A stretch of 64,000 nt of DNA from a virus (taxonomy: Duplodnaviria > Caudoviricetes), in IMG/VR virus record IMGVR_UViG_3300021375_000006; one strand, given 5' to 3'. Below, piece by piece: positions 1-8,491 of this stretch. The notes beneath the pieces are model-generated. The model did not search any database, had not been told where the DNA came from, and saw nothing but the letters and a program-made list of their open reading frames with translations. Made by a program: the position numbers and the translations under genes. Positions within the stretch are counted from its first letter, which is position 1. Every line of letters starts with the position of its first letter.

Positions 1-425
1 TTTGCCATGTACAGGTTAACAATATCTTTACTTGTCATACCGATAGAAATTGCAAAGTTCATATAGAAATGCAAACCATCAATCCATTCATAGAATAATT
101 CTAATTTATCAGCTTCAGAAAGATCTTCGATCTTCATTTCGGCTGCTTGAGCATTAGTACTCTTCCAGTATTTCCATGCACCTGAGGCAATACCGTCGTT
201 GATACCTCCAAGGGCATCAAACATTTCATTTAATTCGTCTGACATTGCGTGTTTATTTACACACCAAAAGTCTGCGATTTGTTTTAAGTTCCAACCTGTA
301 AAGTCGAAACCTAAACGCTTTTGTAGTTCCACTTGCTTATTATAGATTAAGCCAAGTGTGTCTTCCGCTTCTGAATGAAAGTCTTGGACTTCCAAATCTG
401 CACATTTGTTATCTGCGTTCGCCAT
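1..425 (-). CDS. All-alpha NTP pyrophosphohydrolase (dimeric dUTPase / T4 gp56 dCTPase-like), truncated by the window edge
   Basis: Not in the ORF track; translated by hand from the ATG at 425: MANADNKCADLEVQDF...DELNEMFDALGG...WKYWK...ELFYEWIDGLHFYMNFAISIGMTSKDIVNLYMAK. The E-x-x-E...WKxWK...E-x-x-D pattern fits this family. A promoter lies at 442-470. Confidence 0.75.
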   Translation of the reverse strand, partial: MANADNKCADLEVQDFHSEAEDTLGLIYNKQVELQKRLGFDFTGWNLKQIADFWCVNKHAMSDELNEMFDALGGINDGIASGAWKYWKSTNAQAAEMKIEDLSEADKLELFYEWIDGLHFYMNFAISIGMTSKDIVNLYMA

Positions 426-441
426 ATATTTTTATTTAATT

Positions 442-470
442 GTTATAGTTAGATTTACTTATCTGTTTCA
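442..470 (-). promoter_or_regulatory. Class-2 promoter TGAAAC-N17-TATAAC
   Basis: Lies 17 nt upstream of the NTP pyrophosphatase ATG. Confidence 0.65.
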
Positions 471-1351
471 AGTATTTCGCCCCAAGCTCTTTCGGACTTT
501 GTTAACGATTTTGTGTTAATATCTTTTGGTTTTGGATCTCCACCTACATTCCAGAACCAGGCACCAGGAGATCCATGTTTAGTCATGAACTCCCAAGCTT
601 TAGCATCGTAGTTCATAGCCGATGGGAATGGTGGATTATACTGTGGGTCTACATCTTGTGTAAATGCTTTTGGATGAGACCATATAGTTGCATTACCTCT
701 TTCACCCTTCTTGATATTTCTTGCTACTGCAACTGCGTTAAACTTAGCGTCAGGCCAAGCTATTTGTAAAGAGCGTTGTAGAACTCCCGTAGAGATCGCT
801 GACCATACTTCTTCTGGATAACCATATTTCTCTGCAAGATCGTGCGCGACCTTCACAGCGGCTGCTGTAACCAATTCATGGCGAAGTCCTAAAGGAATAA
901 AAAATGCTCCGTTATCTTCTGCCCATTTCTTAGCATGAGCATTTAAGACTGGCATTGCTGCGATTCTCTTGAATTTCATTTCAGCTCCCATCTCAACACA
1001 AATTGCCTGATGGTCTGAAATCTCTTTTTGACTTGGACTAAATAGTACAAGTTTCTTATTATACTTATTTGCTAGGTATGCAAGTGAGATACCTGCAAAT
1101 CCATATCTAGGTTGAACATAGACTAGAGTATCTTGTTTACAAGTACTAACTAGAATATCTCCAAATCTACACTTAGAACCAAAACCCATTAGGTCTTCTC
1201 TGACTACTTTAAATCCATCATGGTCTACTAATTGTGGAGCCTCAAATGGATCTTGCCAATCACCTGCTAAATCCAACCATGCCTGTTTATTCGGCATCAT
1301 CAGATTTAGATCCTGGTTCATAAGTATATCTGTGTGTTTATTATGCGCCAT
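455..1351 (-). CDS. PLP-dependent enzyme, fold type II (TrpB/cysteine synthase/ACC deaminase-like)
   Basis: GSKCRFG (candidate Schiff-base Lys), SAISTGVL phosphate loop, YDAKAW and C-terminal WNVGG. Overlaps the stop of the upstream gene. Confidence 0.75.
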   Translation of the reverse strand: MAHNKHTDILMNQDLNLMMPNKQAWLDLAGDWQDPFEAPQLVDHDGFKVVREDLMGFGSKCRFGDILVSTCKQDTLVYVQPRYGFAGISLAYLANKYNKKLVLFSPSQKEISDHQAICVEMGAEMKFKRIAAMPVLNAHAKKWAEDNGAFFIPLGLRHELVTAAAVKVAHDLAEKYGYPEEVWSAISTGVLQRSLQIAWPDAKFNAVAVARNIKKGERGNATIWSHPKAFTQDVDPQYNPPFPSAMNYDAKAWEFMTKHGSPGAWFWNVGGDPKPKDINTKSLTKSERAWGEILETDK

Positions 1352-2570
1352 AAAATTCTGCTACTTTTTTCTTATATGCTTCTACTGTTAAACCAGCTTC
1401 TGCAATTATTTTATCATCACTAGGATGGTGTTTCATTCCGTTAAATGTTTCTACTAGACCTAAGTCTAACATTGCCTTTTGTCTACCGAATGGATGGTCT
1501 TTAATTACTGAAGAATTCCATACGCCGTCCATATCAATATGTGCATAGTCAGCTCCTGGTCTCATGTAATTCTCAATCCATCTAATAAAGTCACATGCTA
1601 CGTCCTCTGCATTATACGGCAGAGAACCTGTCTGTTCATATATTTTTGTCATCACTGCATCTAGGAAAGGTTCTGATTTTTTACCTTTACCTTCTACGGG
1701 ATCTGCAAGGTAACCAATACATTCTATTGCATTCGTACCATAGTAGAACATTGATTCCCTGTTAACATACTGTGGAAACCAATCTGCTATATCTGCTAAA
1801 ACTGCTGCATATTGGAATTTATATTGTCTTAATCCGTTTGCAACATTCCAATCAAACATCCATTGACCCAATTCTCTTAGGTCTTTCTTACCACCCTCTT
1901 CTAAGAACTTAGCCATGTCTCTAGCTAAGCGTGGTGCGAATTCACATAGGAAATAGTCGCCGCCTCTCTTGTAAGTAAACTGAGGGCCTTCGAACCCCGT
2001 CATCCCAACAAAGACTTCCTCGTTTTGCTGTGGAATCGGGGGTTTTGGGAAAGCTGGGAATTGATACCCAACAGAAGTGTAGAATGACTTGGTTGCTGCT
2101 TTCACTTGCTCACACATTTGTTCTATAGAATCAGATTGCCACAAGTCGAATAGTAGCGTGTTGTGATAGCCACTTGGTTTAGTAGCATAGTTAATTGCAG
2201 ATCCACATACTCTGTGCAGGATGAATATGTAGAGCCATTCTGGTAGGCCGAAGACTTCTTGTTTACCGGTCCAATTGGTAGCGACATCTTTGCGCTGTTC
2301 CGTAACTAAACCAGCCTGCATTCTTGACCAATACGGATGTGCTTCAGTCCAACCGTAAAAAACATCATTCACGATTTGACTAAACCCAGCATACTTCCTT
2401 TCAACCACATCATACAGCTCGATATGTTCCATCAGCGGATCGTCCATCCCGGACTCGGCATGTGGAATGTGGCCTAGGTTACTCTTTTTCTGCTGGTCTA
2501 AGGCTAACTCATAATACCTGATAAACTCATCATAGTATTTAGTAGTCTTAATTTTACACGTCGTACTCAT
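1341..2570 (-). CDS. aGPT-PPlase / amino acid:DNA transferase-like helical protein (thymine hypermodification family)
   Basis: Motifs LYDVVERKYAG, FQYAAVLADIADWFP, YYGTNAIECI and NAEDVACDFIRW resemble the HhH-glycosylase-like aGPT-PPlase clades. It is adjacent to a PLP enzyme, as in known hypermodification clusters. Confidence 0.6.
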   Translation of the reverse strand: MSTTCKIKTTKYYDEFIRYYELALDQQKKSNLGHIPHAESGMDDPLMEHIELYDVVERKYAGFSQIVNDVFYGWTEAHPYWSRMQAGLVTEQRKDVATNWTGKQEVFGLPEWLYIFILHRVCGSAINYATKPSGYHNTLLFDLWQSDSIEQMCEQVKAATKSFYTSVGYQFPAFPKPPIPQQNEEVFVGMTGFEGPQFTYKRGGDYFLCEFAPRLARDMAKFLEEGGKKDLRELGQWMFDWNVANGLRQYKFQYAAVLADIADWFPQYVNRESMFYYGTNAIECIGYLADPVEGKGKKSEPFLDAVMTKIYEQTGSLPYNAEDVACDFIRWIENYMRPGADYAHIDMDGVWNSSVIKDHPFGRQKAMLDLGLVETFNGMKHHPSDDKIIAEAGLTVEAYKKKVAEFYGA

Positions 2571-2736
2571 TCACTTCTAGTATTTCCCAATTTAAGGCTC
2601 TCCGGTTTCTTTGATATTGTTCCATCGACCATTCAATATTGTCTGTTGTCAACTCAATAGTATATGGAGCATCTCCGCGACCGTAAGTTTTTTCTATTGC
2701 AAGATTAGGTGTTATTTTAATTTTATATGTTTTCAT
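2554..2736 (-). CDS. Hypothetical protein, 60 aa
   Basis: ORF track; overlaps both neighbours in the operon. Confidence 0.6.
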   Translation of the reverse strand: MKTYKIKITPNLAIEKTYGRGDAPYTIELTTDNIEWSMEQYQRNRRALNWEILEVNEYDV

Positions 2737-2909
2737 ATTTGGTTGCCAAGTATCTGTCTCGTATTTAATTCAGAAGCTATTGCAGCTGCTGCCGATAACA
2801 GATGATTAAGGTTATGCTTTAATAAACTATCAGAGATATTCTCATCTCCATAAGTCTGTAAACTATTATGTGCAATTTCTACACTTTGTTTAATACCGTT
2901 TATATCCAT
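2733..2909 (-). CDS. Hypothetical protein, 58 aa (MDINGIKQSVEIAHNSLQ...RQILGNQI)
   Basis: Found by hand below the track cutoff. Its TGA overlaps the next ATG (ATGA) and it fills the gap. Confidence 0.6.
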   Translation of the reverse strand: MDINGIKQSVEIAHNSLQTYGDENISDSLLKHNLNHLLSAAAAIASELNTRQILGNQI

Positions 2910-2919
2910 ATTATTATTT

Positions 2920-3084
2920 TTAATTATTCCATCTTCTTAAGATATTCCAAACAATTAATATATTACAAATTACAGCCTGTAATACAATAAGAGTCCTAAA
3001 TATCGCAACAGCATCTGCTTGTTTATCGTCCTCTCCGGCTTTTTCACCAAGCGCTCTTGCCCAGTACTTCCAAAGCTTTTTCAT
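2920..3084 (-). CDS. Small membrane protein, 54 aa (MKKLWKYWARALGEKAGEDDKQADAVAIFRTLIVLQAVICNILIVWNILRRWNN)
   Basis: Found by hand. Has one hydrophobic helix, and the WxxALGEKAG...AD.vA.fRT pattern resembles a small protein common in aquatic T4-like phages. Confidence 0.65.
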   Translation of the reverse strand: MKKLWKYWARALGEKAGEDDKQADAVAIFRTLIVLQAVICNILIVWNILRRWNN

Positions 3085-3085
3085 T

Positions 3086-4162
3086 TTAGAAAAGTGCTTG
3101 AGTTACTGGCTTTAATTTCTGATTGGGTTCATCTTTTACTAAATCCCAACGATAATACTCACGAGCGATATGAACTGACTTAGGCTTTTCCATTACGTCA
3201 AATGTTAACTCTCCAAAAGAGTTTAAAAAGACTGCTGGGTGTTGCCATGTTAACCATCCATTTCTCTCGCACATTGCTTCTACTAACTTGTTAAATTCTT
3301 TTACAAGTTCAGTTCTCTCTGCCCAAGTACCAGCAAAAGGAGTACCTTTATAGTAGCCGGTTTTTGGTAGAGGTCTAGACTCATTCTCAATTGGAAGAGC
3401 CTGAATAACTTCAATATTTTCGATTTCTAAATCGATTAATTGTTTTTCATAATTAGATACCATATCCTTTAAAGATTTCGATGGATTATCTTGTCTCATT
3501 AGGTGGTGTCTTATATCTATATTCCCTAGATATATGCGTAGTGTTGTAATATTTTCTGGTACATAAGATCTAATACCTCTTCTTAAAGTTCCAAAAAGAG
3601 TTAGGCCATCATGTCTATCAGTCATGTAGCCGGGTGTATATTGGCTAAAACTATGTGAGTCTCCAAAACAGAGTTTATCTGTATTTTGTATTCTATCTAC
3701 TTTAGGAATACTAGCACATATTGCCTTAGCTTCTTCTATTTGTGTCTCAAGTGTTTTAAAAAGATCTGAACCTGTCTTTAAACGTTTCTCAATTAGAGTA
3801 CCTACACAAGGCATATCATGGTGGAGCGAATACATTCGTATACCGGGAGCGAACATTCTAATGATTTGATGGTATAAGTCATCGTTCGCCCCACCGAAGA
3901 TATTAAAATTGCCTTTAAATTCCATTCCGTGTTCAATAAGAATCACGTCGAAATCGTCTGCCTTCCAAGCTGAGTTATCTGTAATTATAGAAACATTGGA
4001 GTAACCAGCATGTTTTAATTGATTTGCTAGATGGAATGCCCATCCAGATTTATGTGAAGTTAGTTTGCTACTAAGTTTTCCAACTAGTGCAGAAATACCG
4101 ACACGTATATTAGTGTCTTTCTCTAGATCTGTAAAATAGACTAGGTTATTATTTGTCTCCAT
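3086..4162 (-). CDS. Two-domain protein: T4 beta-glucosyltransferase-like N-terminal domain fused to an SGNH/GDSL-hydrolase-like domain
   Basis: N-half DFDVILIEH...FNIFGG...MYSLHHDMP recalls T4 BGT (DYDRLIVVN...INFFGG...IYYLFTDIRLP). C-half has FGDSHS, LGNIDIR and KPKSVH, matching SGNH blocks I, III and V. Confidence 0.5.
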   Translation of the reverse strand: METNNNLVYFTDLEKDTNIRVGISALVGKLSSKLTSHKSGWAFHLANQLKHAGYSNVSIITDNSAWKADDFDVILIEHGMEFKGNFNIFGGANDDLYHQIIRMFAPGIRMYSLHHDMPCVGTLIEKRLKTGSDLFKTLETQIEEAKAICASIPKVDRIQNTDKLCFGDSHSFSQYTPGYMTDRHDGLTLFGTLRRGIRSYVPENITTLRIYLGNIDIRHHLMRQDNPSKSLKDMVSNYEKQLIDLEIENIEVIQALPIENESRPLPKTGYYKGTPFAGTWAERTELVKEFNKLVEAMCERNGWLTWQHPAVFLNSFGELTFDVMEKPKSVHIAREYYRWDLVKDEPNQKLKPVTQALF

Positions 4163-4481
4163 ATCCAGCGTCTGCGTCAGTTAAATTAATTGGCTTTTCA
4201 GTTTCACCATAGCCATACTTCTTAATATAATTGTCAAGACCGCCGATGTATGCGACGGCATCTAGAAGATTATCTTCTTTATAGTTGTAAGAATGTCTGC
4301 TTAATTTAAGTGCGACAAGTGCTGCATACATATCGGAACCTGACCATTCTTTACCGGTCATTCCTGAACAGATCATCGCGGCACGTCTCATGCCTTCTTC
4401 GAAAGGACCGTACATACGTTCTTTCTCTTCGGATCTGTTGTTAATAATTTCGTCTGCTGTTTTTAGAATGTTCTTGCTCAT
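4149..4481 (-). CDS. DUF6378-like / dNTP diphosphohydrolase-like helical protein
   Basis: ILKTADEIINNR...RMYGPFEE...LVALKLSR...DNLLDAVAYI pattern; promoter at 4506-4534. Confidence 0.6.
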   Translation of the reverse strand: MSKNILKTADEIINNRSEEKERMYGPFEEGMRRAAMICSGMTGKEWSGSDMYAALVALKLSRHSYNYKEDNLLDAVAYIGGLDNYIKKYGYGETEKPINLTDADAGYGDK

Positions 4482-4505
4482 AAAATAACTAATTAAATCT
4501 TAATT

Positions 4506-4534
4506 ATTATAGAGAAGAATGCTAGTTTGTTTCA
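4506..4534 (-). promoter_or_regulatory. Class-2 promoter TGAAAC-N17-TATAAT
   Basis: Upstream of the 4481 start; shares an identical 18-mer (GAAACAAACTAGCATTCT) with the copy at 5241-5269. Confidence 0.7.
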
Positions 4535-5218
4535 CTAATTAATATTAATATGGATAATAACTTCGTTGTAGTATTCTAGGAAACGTTCGTTCCATAGGTT
4601 CCATTTAATATCAGTACCATCTATTGCATAAATTTCATGGTTAGGGAAAAGTTTAAGATATAAATCTCTAAAATGTCTGAATTTTTCTTTAGACTCTGGT
4701 GTGTTTAGATGCCACTCTCCGACTACAAAATCTACATTATCTTTTATCCAAAATAAATTATCGACGTTAAAAATATCATATTCTCCTCCTTCGCAATCTG
4801 TTTTTAAGAAGTTAATTCTATCAATATTATTTTCTTTTATTAGGGTATCGAACCTAATAGATGGTATTTCTATATTTTGTCCATTAGCACCAAATACTTC
4901 ACTAATAGTAATAGTACCATCTACTGGTCCGATACCCTTTTCAATAATGGTTACATTATCTTGGTATACATTTTCCTTTAGAGTCTCATGTTCTAAATGA
5001 GATGGCTCTACGCAAATAACTTGTTTTGGATCTTTATTAAGAATACTATATGTAAATGGACCGATGCTTGCTCCTATATCTAAAACAACATCATCGGCTT
5101 TTACCTCTCTAACCTGTTCATAACATTTATCAATAAAGATCTCTTGAACTAAAGAGTTTTTATGCATTTTAGCTAGATTGGTAAATTCGTCCATCCAGCC
5201 CCACTTAAAAATAGCCAT
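4535..5218 (-). CDS. FkbM-family SAM-dependent methyltransferase
   Basis: VVLDIGASIG (SAM-binding motif I), CVEPS, and FLKTDCEGGEYDI (FkbM KxDxEGxE). Confidence 0.85.
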   Translation of the reverse strand: MAIFKWGWMDEFTNLAKMHKNSLVQEIFIDKCYEQVREVKADDVVLDIGASIGPFTYSILNKDPKQVICVEPSHLEHETLKENVYQDNVTIIEKGIGPVDGTITISEVFGANGQNIEIPSIRFDTLIKENNIDRINFLKTDCEGGEYDIFNVDNLFWIKDNVDFVVGEWHLNTPESKEKFRHFRDLYLKLFPNHEIYAIDGTDIKWNLWNERFLEYYNEVIIHININ

Positions 5219-5240
5219 ATAATTTTATTGGTATTATCTA

Positions 5241-5269
5241 GTTATACTCAAGAATGCTAGTTTGTTTCT
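5241..5269 (-). promoter_or_regulatory. Class-2 promoter AGAAAC-N17-TATAAC
   Basis: Upstream of the FkbM start at 5218; near-duplicate of 4506-4534. Confidence 0.7.
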
Positions 5270-5945
5270 AGAGTTCGTAGATAACCGGGACTCCATTTTC
5301 AATACAAAGATACTCATAAGGAAGTGTATCAATAAAATAGTGGTTATCATCATAGTCAATTTGATGCATGTGTGTATGTCCAGCGATTTGAATAATAGTA
5401 TCATCAAGAGGATTACGTCTTAGTGCTTCAGGTCTAATCCACATTGGACCTTCACCATCATAATTACCATACATTTCCATACCGCTATGATTAAATGATC
5501 TTTTATCATAAGACCAAAGATCATTAATCTGTTCTGAAATATTACCATCTTCTGGGAAATTGGCTTTATACCATTCTTTCGAAACACCAGCATGTGTAAA
5601 TAAAAACTTATCTACTTGATATGCAACTTGTAAGTGGTGCTTATTTTCTCTTAATAGTTCACTAATTTCAGCTGCGTGCCAAGCACTCCAACCACCATAC
5701 CTTCCTCCACAATCTGCCATGTAATGGAAATCATGGTTACCAATCAACATAGTTACTTTAATCTTTGACGCTTCTTTCCACTCAATGATTTCTTTAAAAT
5801 TAAAAATACACTCCGCATGGTTTCTAGTAAAAGAATCAAAGTAATCTCCGATGAATACAAATTCAGTCGCATCGCCATGTGCCTGCATAACTTGCTTCCA
5901 CTTGTTACAGCCATGAATATCTCCGATAACTACAATCTTACTCAT
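5268..5945 (-). CDS. Calcineurin-like metallophosphoesterase
   Basis: GDIHG, GDYFD, GNHD, THAG and GHTH metal-binding motifs. Confidence 0.9.
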   Translation of the reverse strand: MSKIVVIGDIHGCNKWKQVMQAHGDATEFVFIGDYFDSFTRNHAECIFNFKEIIEWKEASKIKVTMLIGNHDFHYMADCGGRYGGWSAWHAAEISELLRENKHHLQVAYQVDKFLFTHAGVSKEWYKANFPEDGNISEQINDLWSYDKRSFNHSGMEMYGNYDGEGPMWIRPEALRRNPLDDTIIQIAGHTHMHQIDYDDNHYFIDTLPYEYLCIENGVPVIYEL

Positions 5946-6099
5946 TGTCTTTGTTTTTGTGTTTCTTCTTTCTTGAGTACTTGGTTTTATCAGGCACTGT
6001 TTGTTGTGTCATCTTCTTAGAAATATGATGTGCAGCCTCACCTGGAGACCATCCTCCGTTAAAGTCTAATTTGTCATCATGTTTCTTTTTCTTGTTCAT
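5938..6099 (-). CDS. Small, highly basic protein, 53 aa (MNKKKKHDDKLDFNGGWSPGEAAHHISKKMTQQTVPDKTKYSRKKKHKNKDNE)
   Basis: Found by hand. The ATG lies 1 nt after the conserved early-type promoter, and the stop abuts the next start. Confidence 0.6.
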   Translation of the reverse strand: MNKKKKHDDKLDFNGGWSPGEAAHHISKKMTQQTVPDKTKYSRKKKHKNKDNE

Positions 6100-6100
6100 C

Positions 6101-6156
6101 ACAGTACTAATATAATAAAAAAGCCTGACATAAAAAAATATCAGGCTAATTATTTT
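6101..6156 (-). promoter_or_regulatory. Class-1 (putative early) promoter element, copy 1
   Basis: On the minus strand: AAAATAATT...TTTTTTTATGTCA-N11-TATATTAGTACTGT, with the same spacing as the copies at 20505 and 53543. Confidence 0.75.
6116..6147 (-). terminator. Intrinsic terminator-like hairpin overlapping the early promoter
   Basis: AGCCTGA(6122-6128)...TCAGGCT(6141-6147) stem followed by a T6 run on the minus strand, just downstream of the 6173-7930 ORF. Confidence 0.65.
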
Positions 6157-6172
6157 GTAAAAAGTTTGTCCT

Positions 6173-7930
6173 TTATAGTGGCCAAATCATGGATGTGCCT
6201 GCATCATGCCATTCACTATACCACCCTTTTTTATTAAGTTCCTTTTCCCATTTGTTATCTACACCAAACGTTCTGTTCTTGTAGTCTTCAGAATAGTAGT
6301 CATAAATTTCTCTACCTTTATACTCATCGCCATTCTCACCTGAAACCCAGATACCACCTTGAGAACCGTTGAACTCTTCAGTAGTTCTTACAAAGTCCAT
6401 ATACTTTTCGATCCACTTAATCATAGCGTCTCTATCAAGTTTCTTTTCAGTAATAGGTTCTACAGATTCAAATGCAACTTCTTTATCAACTATTTCAAAA
6501 CTAACTGAATTATGAATACTTGTTTTTCTCTTCTTTTCTTTACCTTTACTTATTTCAACAAATGCTTCTTGTCCTCCAACTTCACCAGCAACTCTTTTAT
6601 AGAAATAACCATGCTCTGTTTTGATATATTCACCTACATTTACACTCATTGCCTCAGTAACTACAGATTCTGCAAATGCCTCAATATCCCACTGGATTCT
6701 TTGCATTGGGTCATCGTATGGGAATTCTTTCTCTACCCAGTCAATTAGACCTGGTTCAAACTCAGCGTTTTGAGCCATATCAAAAGCATTCTTCCAGCCA
6801 TCATTAGACGCTACATCCTCTAACCACTGGTCATACTTCTTTTGATTCCATCTCTTCATGGCTTTCTTTCTGTTCTTCTCAGCCTCTTTCTTCATGGCAT
6901 CTAATTTAGCCATGTCTGCTCTTCTAAGCTTATCTTGTCTTAGTCTGATTAGAACAGGATCGTTATAGTCCGTCGCCTCTGTCATCATTTCCTCTTGAGC
7001 GAACTTGTTATACTCTTTTGACCACTTCTTCCATTCAGCTGGAGTAGCATAATCTTCTAATACATCAACTACATCTCTGTTACCTTTTTGTTCAATAACT
7101 TGGTCTGCAATCCATCTACCTGCTTTTGCATTTAAGTAATAAAGTGCGCCTGCATCAGAGAATTTGTAAGATTCAGTTAACCATGCCATTGCAGAATGCC
7201 AGTTATCTTCAATCTCTCTACGTTTAAAACCTGCAAGTTCTAATGTACCCCAGAAACCATAGGCTTCATTTACATCGTCGATTGAGTATTGATTTTTCTT
7301 ACCGAACTTAAATGCTTCATTAACTAAAGATTCGCTAACAAAATTATTAAATTGTGTAAATAGTTTAAATCCTTCCATCTCTAGTTTCTTTTTTGTTTTG
7401 TCTTTTTTAGCCTCCTCTTCGTCATCATCAATATCTGCTACTGAAGGTACATCGCCAGAACCTATACCGCCATCAGAAGGTAGAACCACAGGGCCCATAC
7501 CGCCTATATTAGCACTAGGTGTAATATTTTGTGCTGCATGTGCAAAATCTTCATCCACAGCAACACCTCTCTTTTTTAAGATCTTTTCAATTTCTTGGTA
7601 AGCTCTCTTGTAATCAGATTTAGAGTAGTGCATTCCTTTAGCATAGTTAGCATAACCATCTAATGCTCCGTTATACATTCCTAGTAATTCTTCATCTGAC
7701 ATTTTATCATTGAATACAAATGGTCCAATAAATGCTTCATCTACCGTCTCTGGTAGTTTATCATGTTTTGTAGAAGCGTATTTCTTTAAGTCTTTCTTTG
7801 TCATTCCGTCTGATAATGATTTTACTTTGTCTCTATAAGCTGGGTCGATGTCTGAGATTTCCATATCACCGGATTTAACAGCGTATGCCATTCCCATTAA
7901 TCTTTGTTGTGACTTACTTACAGATGGCAT
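6173..7930 (-). CDS. Modular putative internal-head polyprotein with an N-terminal DUF3008-like domain
   Basis: N-terminus MPSVSKSQQRLMGMAYAVKSG...KKYASTKHDKLPE is DUF3008-like. Small domains are separated by VDE/VNE/MTE/VTE/ITE linkers, and there is an internal FTQFNNFVSESLVNE motif. Confidence 0.55.
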   Translation of the reverse strand: MPSVSKSQQRLMGMAYAVKSGDMEISDIDPAYRDKVKSLSDGMTKKDLKKYASTKHDKLPETVDEAFIGPFVFNDKMSDEELLGMYNGALDGYANYAKGMHYSKSDYKRAYQEIEKILKKRGVAVDEDFAHAAQNITPSANIGGMGPVVLPSDGGIGSGDVPSVADIDDDEEEAKKDKTKKKLEMEGFKLFTQFNNFVSESLVNEAFKFGKKNQYSIDDVNEAYGFWGTLELAGFKRREIEDNWHSAMAWLTESYKFSDAGALYYLNAKAGRWIADQVIEQKGNRDVVDVLEDYATPAEWKKWSKEYNKFAQEEMMTEATDYNDPVLIRLRQDKLRRADMAKLDAMKKEAEKNRKKAMKRWNQKKYDQWLEDVASNDGWKNAFDMAQNAEFEPGLIDWVEKEFPYDDPMQRIQWDIEAFAESVVTEAMSVNVGEYIKTEHGYFYKRVAGEVGGQEAFVEISKGKEKKRKTSIHNSVSFEIVDKEVAFESVEPITEKKLDRDAMIKWIEKYMDFVRTTEEFNGSQGGIWVSGENGDEYKGREIYDYYSEDYKNRTFGVDNKWEKELNKKGWYSEWHDAGTSMIWPL

Positions 7931-7931
7931 A

Positions 7932-8474
7932 TTATTTTCCGTCTATTTGAATAACTTCGTTATCTCTAATTTCAAGATTGTTGTTACCAACTGATTCATC
8001 ATATTCACCGTAAATAACTTCACTTTTAGATGCTAATGGAGAATTCATCATTCCAGTCTTATCTATTTTTCTAGCGAATTTTTTACCGTTAACATCATCC
8101 ATAAAGCCTACGTTAATTACTACTTCGTATGAAAGATATAATGTGTTGTCCGGGTCTATATCATTTAAACCATTAACCTCATCTATAGCGAATCCATTAA
8201 AAAGATTGGCAGTAACAAATAAGATACCATCCATGCCACCTGCTCCTTTTTCTACTTGATCTAAAATGATCTTCTTAGCTTTATCTTCAAACTTAGCCCA
8301 CTCTTTATTAACTTCTTCTTGAGTTACTACATTAATACCTTCGTATTTTACTGTTTTAATTTCTTGTTTAAACGCTTGCATTACTTTACCTACAAGACCT
8401 TTAGCCGCGTAGATACCAGTCATTCTATATGACTTCTCGTTTAGGAATTGTTCGAATGTTGGAATTGTTTTCAT
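7932..8474 (-). CDS. Putative capsid-targeted protein, 180 aa
   Basis: Starts MKTIPTFEQFLNE, compared with the T4 capsid-targeting sequence MKTYQEFIAE. Confidence 0.55.
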   Translation of the reverse strand: MKTIPTFEQFLNEKSYRMTGIYAAKGLVGKVMQAFKQEIKTVKYEGINVVTQEEVNKEWAKFEDKAKKIILDQVEKGAGGMDGILFVTANLFNGFAIDEVNGLNDIDPDNTLYLSYEVVINVGFMDDVNGKKFARKIDKTGMMNSPLASKSEVIYGEYDESVGNNNLEIRDNEVIQIDGK

Positions 8475-8491
8475 ATCTTATATTAGTTTTA

